This document shows, one piece after another, positions 10,952 through 21,639 of a stretch of DNA of 64,000 nucleotides (position 1 is the first letter of the stretch; every line of letters starts with the position of its first letter). The DNA lies in NCBI GenBank assembly GCA_963777955.1, contig CAVZSQ010000018.1, positions 1 to 64,000 on the forward strand, read 5' to 3'. The translations under genes and the position numbers were made by a program. The notes below the pieces were generated by a model. It was not told the DNA's origin and searched no databases. It worked only from the letters and a program-made list of their open reading frames with translations. The DNA is from Calditrichia bacterium. Its GTDB lineage: Bacteria; Calditrichota; Calditrichia; JAJRVZ01.

Positions 10952-11040
10952 CGGTTAAAGTGGACATTTCCAATGCGGTTGTGACACATGAGAACCGGGG
11001 TCGGACCTGAAAATTTGAAATATTAAAGGAGAAACAGCCC

Positions 11041-11301
11041 ATGTCAAAACACGCAGTCTCTATCCCTGGTCACACGATCGAGATCGTCACGAGTCTCTGG
11101 AGCGGTGCCGAGCGGATCCAGTGCGACGGTCAGACGGTCTCGCAGAAGCGCAGCTTCTTCTACGTCACACCCCACTCCTTTACCTTACAGGAGGGAGACG
11201 AGCGGGCCACGTACGAGGTCGATATTCTCATGAGCTGGTTCGGCTTCGAACATGGCTACATCGTGAGGCGCAACGGGATCATTCTTGCGCACAGACCGTG
11301 A
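11041..11301 (+). CDS. Hypothetical protein, GC-rich
   Basis: AAGGAG RBS, 86-aa ORF. Confidence 0.55.
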   Translation: MSKHAVSIPGHTIEIVTSLWSGAERIQCDGQTVSQKRSFFYVTPHSFTLQEGDERATYEVDILMSWFGFEHGYIVRRNGIILAHRP

Positions 11302-11561
11302 CTACTCCAGGCGTGAGCGTGCATTGCTGAAGGAGCGAGCCGCCGATAGCCGGCGGCCCAGGGACCGATTTTGATCCACTAACAAGTAATAGAAATTTCT
11401 GACAGGCATGTGATTGATAATTGACGGGATTGTTTTTTATTGGACATTGATCATCCCATAATTATATTATCATTGTTAGATGTTTTTGCTGCAGTCTTAT
11501 CCTTGATTAAGGTATTAAAGAAACCGCTATATTAATGTTTGGCAGGCAGGAGAAATCCCTC

Positions 11562-12857
11562 ATGAAAAGAACGGGTATACTATTTATTTTGCTTTTGGTT
11601 TCTTTCTCTTATTCGCAGGACTTCAAAAGATTAAAATCGCAATTAACAGAAATCGATTCTTTAGTATTTAACCAAAATATTGAAAAGGCTGAGTATGCCT
11701 TAAATATTCTAATAGATAAGAAAAACGAAATAATTCTTGAACAAGATATCAATAAAATCTCCGGGAGATTAATTGAATACTTTGAAACGCTTTTACAGAA
11801 TATCCACAATATTGATACAAATGATCCTGCTTTCAATGAAAGCCTGGTAATATCCTACAGGCAATATCGTCATTTTTATTCTGATAATAGAAGTGGAGAA
11901 TTAGCTGAAAAAGCCTTCGACAAATTTCTCACATTATCCGATTCATTGCAGATAACCAAGTCATTGAAGTTTTACCAAATTGCCCATTTTTTGAGGAAGA
12001 TATTTCTGGAAAGATCTTTACTGCAAGCCGTAGAAACATACAATCAGGCTAATAATTATTATCATTCAAATCGAATAGAAGATGCAACGAAGAGTATTGA
12101 GTCGTTTAATTATGTGTCAGAACCCAATAAATATCTGGCCGAAATGCAGGATAGTCTATCATGTTTAAAAAGCAAAATTAACGATATCCGGAAATATCAG
12201 GAAAGAGAGAATCATTTTTGGAACAGGGACATAAATCCTCACTATAATCTATCCATTATTTTGGGAATAAATCTTTTCCATCAGAATTCTGTGGAGGAGC
12301 GTTATTTAGAATATGATCTGAACGGAAACAGCAGTGATATCCTGGTACAGAAAATTCCGGATAACCAAAGAACGGGATACTCAGCTGCGCTTGAATATTT
12401 ACTTAAAGAACGATATATACTAGGGGCTGAAGTAACTACAAACAGGTTTACCTTTACCAGTACCTCAGATCAACAACTTATTTTTTTTGATTATGATATA
12501 AATTGCTTGTCCTTCAATCTCAATTTTAAGTATCTGTTACGTTCATATGTAGGATTACAACCTTTTGTCGGATTAGGCACAGGATTAACAAATTATAAAC
12601 GTGATAAGTCAACACTTATTTTAGTCGAAACATCTGATGATTCGATACCAATTTATAATTATCACTACTATAAAATCAGGGAAAGTAATTTAACCAATGT
12701 GCATATATTGTTTGATCTCGGAATTCAATACGTACAGGATTATGATAGTCACTTTTCGCTTGGATTCAAATATACATTATACCATAATGTTAAATATTTT
12801 GACTTTGTAAATCGATACAATCATTATCTGACTGCGTACTTAAGAACATCATTTTGA
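11562..12857 (+). CDS. Hypothetical exported protein with helical N-terminus and C-terminal beta-barrel
   Basis: AGGAG RBS, signal peptide, PFVGLG.G strand and terminal Phe; very AT-rich. Confidence 0.6.
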   Translation: MKRTGILFILLLVSFSYSQDFKRLKSQLTEIDSLVFNQNIEKAEYALNILIDKKNEIILEQDINKISGRLIEYFETLLQNIHNIDTNDPAFNESLVISYRQYRHFYSDNRSGELAEKAFDKFLTLSDSLQITKSLKFYQIAHFLRKIFLERSLLQAVETYNQANNYYHSNRIEDATKSIESFNYVSEPNKYLAEMQDSLSCLKSKINDIRKYQERENHFWNRDINPHYNLSIILGINLFHQNSVEERYLEYDLNGNSSDILVQKIPDNQRTGYSAALEYLLKERYILGAEVTTNRFTFTSTSDQQLIFFDYDINCLSFNLNFKYLLRSYVGLQPFVGLGTGLTNYKRDKSTLILVETSDDSIPIYNYHYYKIRESNLTNVHILFDLGIQYVQDYDSHFSLGFKYTLYHNVKYFDFVNRYNHYLTAYLRTSF

Positions 12858-13092
12858 AACATGGGGTAAATATTCTGTATAGCAATGATCATAAATATAA
12901 GGGAGAAAGATGACGATACCAGAAATGATCGTGAGGCTTGCCGCAGGTTGAAATTTTACGTTCGGGTACCTACTTGATCAAAACCTGGCTGATTCAAATC
13001 ATGACTCAAAATGTACCGAAAAAAGAGGGGAAATAATAAAATATATTAATGTTGAGAATAGAGGCTATTTTGAATGTCGAATTGAGTGATGA

Positions 13093-14103
13093 ATGATTAA
13101 ATATTTTAAATATAAATTACATCCCTCCTGGTACCAGGGCAGAGAAAATAATTCTCAGCATTTTGAAGGATGGTACTTTAAAATCATTGATAAAAATGAA
13201 GATAATTTATACGTAATTATTCCTGGTATATTTATTGATCAGAATAATATCGATAGTCATTCCTTCATCCAGATTATTAATGGAATAAATGATGCCGTCT
13301 ATTACTTTAAATTCCCTGTCCAGGATTTTCAGGCAAAAGATGACGCCTTTGATATTCAGATTAATTCCAACCGCTTTTCTGCCGACAAAATAGTACTGGA
13401 TGTTAAGAATTCTTCATTTGAAATGAACGGAGAATTGAATTTTGCAGAATTAACTCCCTGGCCAAAGACGTTAATCAATCCAGGGATCATGGGCTGGTAT
13501 ACCTGGGTACCGTTCATGGAATGTTATCATGGTATAATAAGCCTGGATCATGAAATTCAAGGATCTCTAGCGATCAATAACCACCAGGTGGATTTTACAA
13601 ATGGGCGGGGGTATACAGAAAAAGACTGGGGGAGGTCATTTCCCGCGGCCTGGATCTGGTGTCAGTCAAATCATTTTAAATCAGGGCAGGTCAGTTTCAC
13701 CGGTTCAATTGCTATAATACCCTGGATTCATAAATCTTTTTTAGGTTTTATTTTCGGTTTATGGTACAAAAATCGATTATATCGTTTTACGACCTATACC
13801 GGGGCTAAACTTGTCCAGCTGGAGATCGATGAACATAAGGTTTACTGGGTGATTAAACAGAATAAATTTGTCCTGGAGATTACGGCAAATCGTTCGGCAG
13901 GATATTTTCTAAAGGCACCCACGGTGAATGGTATGACCCATAATATTTCTGAAACACTAAAAGCAACGATTGAAATTAAATTATCTTCCGCTGCAGGCAC
14001 TGGGACTGAAATTATTTTTCATGAAATAGGCCGGCATGGGGGTCTGGAAATAGCCGGGAATATGCAGCGTCTTTTAGAAATGTACAAAGACATAAAAAAC
14101 TAA
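13093..14103 (+). CDS. Tocopherol cyclase family protein
   Basis: FEGWYFK, GIMGWY..VPFMECYHG, GY.EKDWG.SFP..WIW.Q motifs. Confidence 0.85.
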   Translation: MIKYFKYKLHPSWYQGRENNSQHFEGWYFKIIDKNEDNLYVIIPGIFIDQNNIDSHSFIQIINGINDAVYYFKFPVQDFQAKDDAFDIQINSNRFSADKIVLDVKNSSFEMNGELNFAELTPWPKTLINPGIMGWYTWVPFMECYHGIISLDHEIQGSLAINNHQVDFTNGRGYTEKDWGRSFPAAWIWCQSNHFKSGQVSFTGSIAIIPWIHKSFLGFIFGLWYKNRLYRFTTYTGAKLVQLEIDEHKVYWVIKQNKFVLEITANRSAGYFLKAPTVNGMTHNISETLKATIEIKLSSAAGTGTEIIFHEIGRHGGLEIAGNMQRLLEMYKDIKN

Positions 14104-14135
14104 AAATATACACTTCGAAATCAGGGAATCTGAAT

Positions 14136-15068
14136 ATGGATCGTGGTCGCCCGGGTTATTTGAAGATGATTCGTGCGCCATTTTTGTCTTCAATTGTAAC
14201 CCCATTGATCGCAGGAACACTATTAGCATGCTACCTAACCGGAGTTATTGACATATTCAATTTGTTCATTGTACTCAGCATGGGAATTTGTTTGCATATA
14301 GCCACCAATGTTTACAATGATATTTATGATACCTTGCAGGGAACCGACAAGGTAAACATTCACCGGAATGAATTCAGTGGTGGTTCAGGAGTGCTGGTGG
14401 ATTATCCGGATCTGCTGCCGGTTATGTACCGGATCGCCCGGTTTAGTTTAGTCGGCGCACTAATGGCGACAATAGTACTGCTTTTCCGGATCAAGGCGTC
14501 CCTGCAAATCTACCTGGTAACTTTATTTTTACTCTCAGTTTTTTTCAGCAAATACTATACGGCGGCACCGGTAAAGCTGGCCTACCGTGGATTGGGTGAG
14601 TTCTTTGTCTGGTTCGCTTTCGGACCAATGGCAGTTCTGGATGCAGCTGTCAGTCAAAATGTGGGATTTCATAGAATAATTATCGCAGCGATGCCTGTTT
14701 CGGGAATCAGTACGCTTTCAATCCTGTTGATAGGCCAGATGATAGACCTGGAGGCAGATAAAGCCACCGGAAAATGGGGAGTGGCAGTACGACTCGGCAA
14801 TAGAACCACAAGTTATATTTATTTATTTGTTCAACTGTTTTTATGTATCAATATTATTATTTTAGCACTTCTGTTTTTGCGCAATGGATGGCTTGTTCTG
14901 ATAAGTCTGATACCTTATATCTTACTTATGCCAAAGATATTTTATATTCTTATTAATAACTATCATCAATCAGAATTGCTGAAACAGGCAGCAAAGTTAA
15001 ACGTTTTGCTTCATTTAACGTTTTCTCTGTTATTTGTTCTAAGTTTAATTTTAATACTGGTTCTGTAA
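14136..15068 (+). CDS. UbiA-family prenyltransferase, MenA-like
   Basis: N..ND.YD...GTD, FSGGSG, YTA.P.KL.YRGLGE, D...D...GK; about 9 TM segments. Confidence 0.85.
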   Translation: MDRGRPGYLKMIRAPFLSSIVTPLIAGTLLACYLTGVIDIFNLFIVLSMGICLHIATNVYNDIYDTLQGTDKVNIHRNEFSGGSGVLVDYPDLLPVMYRIARFSLVGALMATIVLLFRIKASLQIYLVTLFLLSVFFSKYYTAAPVKLAYRGLGEFFVWFAFGPMAVLDAAVSQNVGFHRIIIAAMPVSGISTLSILLIGQMIDLEADKATGKWGVAVRLGNRTTSYIYLFVQLFLCINIIILALLFLRNGWLVLISLIPYILLMPKIFYILINNYHQSELLKQAAKLNVLLHLTFSLLFVLSLILILVL

Positions 15069-15108
15069 TATTAAAAGTTTATTTTAACTGGTCGATTGCA
15101 GGTTATCA

Positions 15109-15138
15109 CGGGCTACTAGTCGTTATCCCTTCGGGACA
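15109..15138. repeat. REP-like element, 3' fragment
   Basis: CGGGCTA...TATCCCTTCGGGACA, same spacing as the other copies. Confidence 0.5.
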
Positions 15139-15220
15139 GGATAATTATATTATGACTCATATTTTTACAAGGGAAAACGCAAAGATTAATTAGAGTCTAT
15201 TCTCTGGGAGCGACGAGTTA

Positions 15221-15650
15221 ATGAAGAAAATCGAACCGATCCGCTGCCGCATGGTCGCCTGCCGCGAAGCAGTTGGATGATGGCAAGGAATGGAGTTTCT
15301 ACCTGATCAACGACAGCAGGTTCTCAATTGACCTGGCTGTGCTGGACGCGATCAGCTACGAGTGGGGCGATTTTGGAAACACAGAAGTGGCAGATGTGCG
15401 TGTAGCTGACTTTGCGCCGGGGGCGTATGTGCTGATCTGGCGTGATAACGGCGGTGGCGCTGAACTGCGCATGGAGTTTTCGTTACTGATAAAGATACGC
15501 GATCGGGAGGTAAGGTTAAGGTTTGAATTCCCTAAACTCTATCAACAGACCAATTTGCCGCTGGTGGATTCCCTGGGTAAGCCCGGGTGGCAAATAGTGC
15601 GGGAGAACGAGGTTGAGGAGCAGGGGAGAGAGGGAGTGTATGGTTCGTAA
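15221..15650 (+). CDS. Hypothetical protein; probable +1 frameshift near 15272
   Basis: ATG 15221 (MKKIEPIRCRMVACREA) with GGGAG upstream joins ORF 15273..15650 if one base is removed. Confidence 0.5.
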
Positions 15651-15677
15651 ACACCATATTAAAACATGGTGCTATTT

Positions 15678-15834
15678 ATCCAGTAGGGATTTTTGAAAAT
15701 AGCCCGGCAATTTATTGCCGGGTATGATATATACAAAATATTTCAACCGTCCCGTCGGGACGGTATGATTATTTGTGATCTCGCTATCCCGGCAATAAAT
15801 TGCCGGGCTATTCTCGGCATGTCCCTGTGGGACA
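15678..15834. repeat. Full-length REP-like composite element (five hairpins, overall inverted repeat)
   Basis: AATAGCCCGGCAATTTATTGCCGGG / ACCGTCCCGTCGGGACGGT / CCCGGCAATAAATTGCCGGGCTATT / TGTCCCTGTGGGACA. Confidence 0.85.
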
Positions 15835-15975
15835 GAATTATTATCTATTAGAAAAAGTTGAGGATATCCGAATATAATGATTTGGCTTAAATGGCTACTT
15901 ACATAAATAGTATAAAAAATTGAATTGTATTTAACTAAAGCAGATTACCATTTGAGAATATAAAAGGATATAATC

Positions 15976-16446
15976 ATGAAGAATATAAAACCTCTATTTA
16001 TAATAATAATTTTGGTCTTATTTTATTTTTCCTGTCATGATAGAAGAGCATGGACCTCAAGAGATCCCTGGTACAATCCAAAGAATGGCAACTCTTCTGA
16101 CTTTTCAAGAGTAGAAGATACTTTGATAAAAATAATTAATTTAGATAAACTCGCTACTGCTGAAGAGTTATTAAAAGATTCACCAATTGTGAAATTATCA
16201 AATGAACAATCTTATTATTTTCTATCAGACACTACCGAAAAGTATAATTTAGATAAATATCTGATCCGAGCAGTATATTTGCGATTTTATAACAAAGGAT
16301 ACTCTGTTTATCAAAACAAGGATACCTTAATCGTTTTTCATGGTATTCTTGGTAACAGGCCTGAATCGATGAATCATCATGCACTTATTATAGAACTACC
16401 ATACTATCCCAGGGTTCTATTCACAGATTGTTATATGGATGAGTAA
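15976..16446 (+). CDS. Hypothetical lipoprotein
   Basis: AAGGA RBS; hydrophobic N-terminus ending YFSC. Confidence 0.6.
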   Translation: MKNIKPLFIIIILVLFYFSCHDRRAWTSRDPWYNPKNGNSSDFSRVEDTLIKIINLDKLATAEELLKDSPIVKLSNEQSYYFLSDTTEKYNLDKYLIRAVYLRFYNKGYSVYQNKDTLIVFHGILGNRPESMNHHALIIELPYYPRVLFTDCYMDE

Positions 16447-16564
16447 TTTATTATTATAATAAAATCATTTAATTCAAACAGCAAGAATTTAGAGTGGTGA
16501 TTGAATCACATACGATAGATAAATCTGATTTAACTGGGTTCCATCGTCGGGAGAGTCAACCATA

Positions 16565-17017
16565 ATGATACAGTTTGAAATCATAATTCCCATCATGATT
16601 GTCCTGTTTTTTACAGGACTGTGGATTTTGATACTGAAATTGTTTTCAGTGCTGAGTGGCTGGAGAACGCTGGCAGAACGATTTCAATACCAGGATAAGT
16701 TTGAAGGAAGATATTATCGTTTTCAATCAGCCTGGATGAATAAAGTACTTTTTAGAAGTTCACTGGAAATGGGTATGAACGTAATGGGCTTGTATCTGAT
16801 CCCGATGATACTTTTCCGTTTATTCCATAAACCCATTTTTATTCCATGGAGTGAAATAGAAGCCCAACCCATCAAAAGGTTTATGATCCAGGTCTATCGC
16901 CTGAGGTTCAGATCGTGTCCGGATGTTTCACTTACTGTATATAAGAAAACATTTGAAAGAATGCTGGAATTCAATATCGCCTTGAAAAACTTCCCCTTCG
17001 ACGAAGCAGCGGATTAA
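16565..17017 (+). CDS. Hypothetical membrane protein
   Basis: N-terminal TM, SGW..LA..F and FH.P.FIPWSEI pattern; GGAG upstream. Confidence 0.6.
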   Translation: MIQFEIIIPIMIVLFFTGLWILILKLFSVLSGWRTLAERFQYQDKFEGRYYRFQSAWMNKVLFRSSLEMGMNVMGLYLIPMILFRLFHKPIFIPWSEIEAQPIKRFMIQVYRLRFRSCPDVSLTVYKKTFERMLEFNIALKNFPFDEAAD

Positions 17018-18042
17018 TCTCCGGCTGCCTTGATCTCATCCCAGATCTTCGTATACTTCTGGTTGTTTTCACCCAGATCCTGGATAACTTCCCCTTTGCT
17101 GAGAATGCTCTGGCTGGGGAAGATGCCCGGATCATTCCTGATTTCTTCGCTGAGCAGCGCATAGCTGGCACTGTTCGGACAGAGATAAGTTATATACTCC
17201 GTATTGGCGGCGGCTACCTCGGGTGTATGTAAAAAGTTGATGAATTTTAAGGCGAGGTCGATCTGTTTGGCTGTTCTGGGAATGACCAGATCATCGCAGG
17301 CCAATGAAAAACCTTCTTCGGGAATCATAAATTCAACCTGTTCATTCTCCTCCCTGACTTTCAGAATATCGCCGCTGTAGCCGTGCACCAGTAAAAATTC
17401 GCCCGAGGCCAATCCGATCTTGTACTGTTCATTCTCGAATTTAGCCAGGTTCTTTTTCCAGCCGATAACCACGTTTTTCGCCGCAACTAATTCGTCATCG
17501 TTAACGGTGTTAAGACTGAAGCCCAATGATTTGAGCGCGGCGCCGATTGTTTCACGCATATCGTTCAGCATGGTCATGCGCCCTTTCAGATCCTGCCGCT
17601 CCAGCATTTTCCAGGTTGGCTTGACATCCGCAACCTTGTCCTGCAGGTAGCCGATACCGGTATAGGTCAGCATATAAGGAGCACTGTAGCGCATCTGCGG
17701 ATCGATGGCAATCTTTAAATACTGCGGATCGATGTTAACCAGATTGGGCATCCTGGATTTGTCGAGAGGCAGCAGCATTTCCTGATCCAGCATTATTTTA
17801 GCCATGTAAGAGCTGGGTACGATTATATCATACCCGGTAGCCCCGGCTTTTATCTTGGCATACATGGATTCGTTGCTGTCGAAAGTATCGATGATAATCT
17901 TGCAGTTATTCTCCTGTTCAAATTGCTGCACCAGTTCCGGCTTGATGTAATCAGCCCAGGTATAAATATGCAACTCTGATACCGAAGGTTTGCACCCGGT
18001 AATGATAGATAATGCTGTAAGTAAAAAAAGCGTTTTTTTCAT
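17014..18042 (-). CDS. potD: Spermidine/putrescine ABC transporter substrate-binding lipoprotein
   Basis: Lipobox ITGC; YTWADYI, FDSNE.MYAK, YDIIVPS.Y, IPEEG; ATG overlaps the potC stop. Confidence 0.9.
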   Translation of the reverse strand: MKKTLFLLTALSIITGCKPSVSELHIYTWADYIKPELVQQFEQENNCKIIIDTFDSNESMYAKIKAGATGYDIIVPSSYMAKIMLDQEMLLPLDKSRMPNLVNIDPQYLKIAIDPQMRYSAPYMLTYTGIGYLQDKVADVKPTWKMLERQDLKGRMTMLNDMRETIGAALKSLGFSLNTVNDDELVAAKNVVIGWKKNLAKFENEQYKIGLASGEFLLVHGYSGDILKVREENEQVEFMIPEEGFSLACDDLVIPRTAKQIDLALKFINFLHTPEVAAANTEYITYLCPNSASYALLSEEIRNDPGIFPSQSILSKGEVIQDLGENNQKYTKIWDEIKAAGD

Positions 18043-18818
18043 TTTTTCTCTTCCCTTATATAAATTAATTTTTGACTTGACCATACTAAAATAAAAGTGA
18101 CCACCAAAAGAATCGTAGAAAGAGCATTGAGCACCGCCGGCGTGCCGAACTTGATCATGCTGTATATGCGAATGGGCAATGTTGTCGAGCCCGGACCGGC
18201 GACAAAAAATGATATCACAAAATCATCGATCGACAGGGTTAAGGCCAGCAACGCCCCCGAAGCAATCCCCGGAGCCAGCATGGGAGCCATTATGCGCCAG
18301 GCGATTATCCACCAGTTAGCACCCAGGTCCTGTGCCGCTTCGATAACAGCAGGATCAAAATCCTGCAATCGCGCCAGCACGACCATAGCCACATAGCTGA
18401 TACAAAAAGTAACATGAGCCAGGAAAATTGTAAAAAGTCCCAGCTTCATACCGATAGCCGCAAAGGTGAGCAATAAGCTCATCCCCATCAGGATTTCGGG
18501 GACCACCAGTGGCATATAGATCAGAGTAAAATGCCAGCGCTGCAGCACAGATTTGTAATAGTGCAGGGCGATGGCAGCGATCGTTCCCAGGATGCAGGAA
18601 ACTAATGTTGCGCTAAGGGCAATGATGATGGTATTCTCAAGCGCCATTAAGATTTCACGCTGTCCCGCCAGTTTGATATACCAGCGCAGCGAAAAACCAT
18701 CCCAGCTTCCGCCAAATGCCGAGGCGTTGAACGAATTGACCACCAGGATCACTATCGGCAGATAGAAAAAAATCAGAACCGTCATGGTCACCAGAAATGG
18801 AAAACGGCTCCTTTTCAT
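18039..18818 (-). CDS. potC: Spermidine/putrescine ABC transporter permease
   Basis: FFYLPI, GFSLRWY, EAA.DLGA, LSIDDF and TTLP..IYS motifs. Confidence 0.9.
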   Translation of the reverse strand: MKRSRFPFLVTMTVLIFFYLPIVILVVNSFNASAFGGSWDGFSLRWYIKLAGQREILMALENTIIIALSATLVSCILGTIAAIALHYYKSVLQRWHFTLIYMPLVVPEILMGMSLLLTFAAIGMKLGLFTIFLAHVTFCISYVAMVVLARLQDFDPAVIEAAQDLGANWWIIAWRIMAPMLAPGIASGALLALTLSIDDFVISFFVAGPGSTTLPIRIYSMIKFGTPAVLNALSTILLVVTFILVWSSQKLIYIREEKK

Positions 18819-19687
18819 GCATCCTCCTGCATGATCGGTAATCCCTTCTGGACACCGCGGTTCTGCATCAGCAGCGCTACGATCAGCGGTATCAAAACAG
18901 CCAGAGTCAGGATCGCCGCCAGTCCGCTGGCATGGGGCAGATTGCGGTCCGTAAAAACTCTCTGTGCAATTTTGTTGCCGATCATCTCGCTGTTGGGGCC
19001 GCCCACAACATCCGGAATGACATAAGATCCCAGCGCCGGAATCAATACCATAACAATGGAGGTGTAGATGGCGCGGCTTATTCCGGGTATAAAAATACGG
19101 AAGAAAGCCGTCAATGGCGTGGCTCCGAGATCGCGTGCCGCTTCTACCAGATGATAATCAAATTTCTCAGCGGCCGCAAATATCGGCAGGATAGCAAAAG
19201 GTAGCGAGGTATATACCATGATCAACAATACTGCCTCAGGCCTGTAAAGCAGGGTAGTGTTCTGATCCAACAAACCCAGGAAAACCAAACCATGCTTTAT
19301 CAATCCTTCGGGATGCAACAGCGTCTTCCAGGCAAAAATACGCACCAGAAAACTGATCATGAAGGGCACGATCACCATCAGCAGAAGTACGTTCCGCCAC
19401 TCTTTGTCAGCCCTGGCCATGTAATAACCGCTGGGCAGGGCCAGAAACATGCACAATACCGTGGTGAGCACGCTGAGCCATACTGTTCGCCAGATGATAG
19501 CGGGGTAATTCGGATTGCCGAGGCTGAACACGGTCTGCAATGTCCAGCCGGAGCCGATTCCGCCGTAGGGATCGGAAGGCTTAAACACGATAACGAAAAC
19601 CACCACGGTCGGAATAAGAAACAACAGGATCAGCCAGACGAAACTCGGCGAGGTGATCAGCCACTCATACCCCCGTCGTTTCATCAT
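18815..19687 (-). CDS. potB: Spermidine/putrescine ABC transporter permease; in frame with potA in this assembly
   Basis: LVR.FAW, Y..LPF.ILP, EAA.DLGA and GSYVIPD.VGG; own GAGGG RBS before ATG 19687. Confidence 0.85.
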   Translation of the reverse strand: MMKRRGYEWLITSPSFVWLILLFLIPTVVVFVIVFKPSDPYGGIGSGWTLQTVFSLGNPNYPAIIWRTVWLSVLTTVLCMFLALPSGYYMARADKEWRNVLLLMVIVPFMISFLVRIFAWKTLLHPEGLIKHGLVFLGLLDQNTTLLYRPEAVLLIMVYTSLPFAILPIFAAAEKFDYHLVEAARDLGATPLTAFFRIFIPGISRAIYTSIVMVLIPALGSYVIPDVVGGPNSEMIGNKIAQRVFTDRNLPHASGLAAILTLAVLIPLIVALLMQNRGVQKGLPIMQEDA

Positions 19688-20833
19688 TGGTTTCCCTCTT
19701 GTGCGTGTAAGGCTCATAAGATTTTCGTCCGATTCGCTGTAGCGCTCCAGCATAAAACCATCATTGGCATGCCACCAGATCCAGACCTCATCGTTCCAGC
19801 GGATCGGTTCTTCATCCAGGAAAAAGCGGTTATGCTGCTGGTATATGGCGATTTTATACTCGTCAACCCGGACCCAGTACTTGGTCAGGCTGCCGAGATA
19901 GATGACATCTTCGACCCGCCCAGGCACGATATTGTGGTGTGAATTGAGCACCGGCCTGGTGCGTCCAATGCCGAATTTTTCCGGGCGAATACTCAGGAAA
20001 ACCGGATTTCCGGCTGAGATATTTTTATCATTGAAACAGACCAGGTCAGGGAAACCTTCGATCTTCAGGCGGCTGTATTCTGAATCTATGAGCTCGCAGG
20101 CTTCACCTTCAAAAAAGTTGGTGTCTCCGATAAAGGCAGCGACAAAACTGCTGCGCGGGGCTTCATAAATCTCGGCAGGTGTGCCGGTTTGTTCGATTCT
20201 GGCGCTGTTCATGACCGCAATACGATCGCTCAAACTCATGGCCTCACCCTGATCGTGAGTGACATATACAAAAGTAATGCCCACTTCGTCATGAATAATA
20301 TCCAGTTCCACCAGCATTTTCTGCCGCAACTTCAGATCCAGAGCAGCCAGGGGTTCATCCAGCAACAGCACCTGCGGTTTCATAATCAGGGCGCGCGCCA
20401 CCGCAACCCGTTGCTTCTGGCCGCCGCTGATTTGAACCGGTTTTTTATCTGCCTGAGCTTCCAGTTGCACCAGCTGCAGCATCTGATCGACTGCTTCGTT
20501 GATTTTTGCTTTCGAATGTTTCTGAACTTTCAGTCCGAAGGCGATATTTTGACGCACCGTAAGATGAGGAAAGAGGGCATAACTCTGAAAAATAGTGTTG
20601 ATCTTGCGTTTGTGCGGCGGTAAGGCGGTTATGTCCTGGCCATCCAGCAGAATCCTCCCGGAATCAGGCTGCTCAAAACCGGCCAATATTCTTAACAGGG
20701 TAGTCTTTCCGCAACCGCTCGGTCCCAGCAGAGAAAAAAATTCCCCTTTGCGGATAGACAGCGAAACCCGGTTTACCGCGCAAAGAGTGCCGAAATTTTT
20801 AGAAACATTTTCAATCTCCAGAAACTCGGCCAT
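19684..20833 (-). CDS. potA: Spermidine/putrescine ABC transporter ATPase
   Basis: GPSGCGKT, FQSYALFPH, SGGQKQR, LLLDEP, TOBE C-terminus. Removing one base near 19706 gives a stop overlapping the potB ATG. Confidence 0.9.
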
Positions 20834-20858
20834 TTTTATATCACTCCATTCCTTGAAC

Positions 20859-21639
20859 TCAGAACTCTGTACCTATAGTTAAACAGATACAGGAATTGTC
20901 TTTTCTAATAAAATCATACAATTTAGTATCGACTGTTTTATTGTATTGCAAAAGAGGCTGAAGGTAAAGGCTTTCGGTCAGGTAGTAAGTGAACCGTCCT
21001 TCCACGGTCAGCAGACTTATTGTTGTTTTGGATAGTCCAAAATATGATTCATTGAATTTTTTCAGTCCTGAACCGAGGGTCAGAGCACCGTACACCGTTG
21101 CGCTCTCGCTGAGATCCTGCTCCGCCTCGATTTTCTGCTCCAGATAAACGGCGCCGGAGTATTCGATGCACATCGACAATAATACCGGCATTCAAGGTCA
21201 CGATGCCCAGGGGATATCCCAGGTTGCAGCCCAGTTCACCGGTATTCGGAGCATCCGGCTGGTCAATATAGTGATAGTAATTGAAATAACTTTCAATGAT
21301 AAAATTATCCAATTCAAATTCATAGGTAAGTGTGGCATCAACTTCGGGACGTTTGATGTCGTCTTTCGGTTCACTCAGTGTCCAGCTGCTCCACAGGGAG
21401 AAAGTAAAATTCTGATAAGTCAACCAGGCCAGCGGCTGGAGGACGAGTCCTTCATTTACTTCCATACCCCGCCACAGGTATTTGTTGGTAACGGCTGTTT
21501 CCACTCCGCCGCTCCATGCTGACTCGGCTTCTTCAACAGCAGCGGTGTCAGGTGGGGCTGCAGGTGGCGCTGCAAGTGGCGCGCAGGCGCCGTGCAGCAA
21601 CGACAAGAACATGATCAGAATGATGATGAGTTTTTTCAT
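20859..21639 (-). CDS. Outer-membrane porin-like protein (Gcw_chp/TorF-like); +1 frameshift near 21168
   Basis: Signal peptide; N.YLWRG.......VLQP and E.D....Y motifs; C-terminal IGTEF; 260 codons after correction. Confidence 0.65.

Noticed and set aside
1..17017. Complete active integron, prophage or IS element
   Set aside because: No tyrosine recombinase, transposase or phage ORF recognised; the attC-like sites are degenerate.
18815..20833. Apparent PotA-PotB fusion (672 aa)
   Set aside because: Removing one base near 19706 gives a PotA stop overlapping the PotB ATG (ATGA) with its own GAGGG RBS, and +1 errors are common in this window. Needs read confirmation before being called a fusion.
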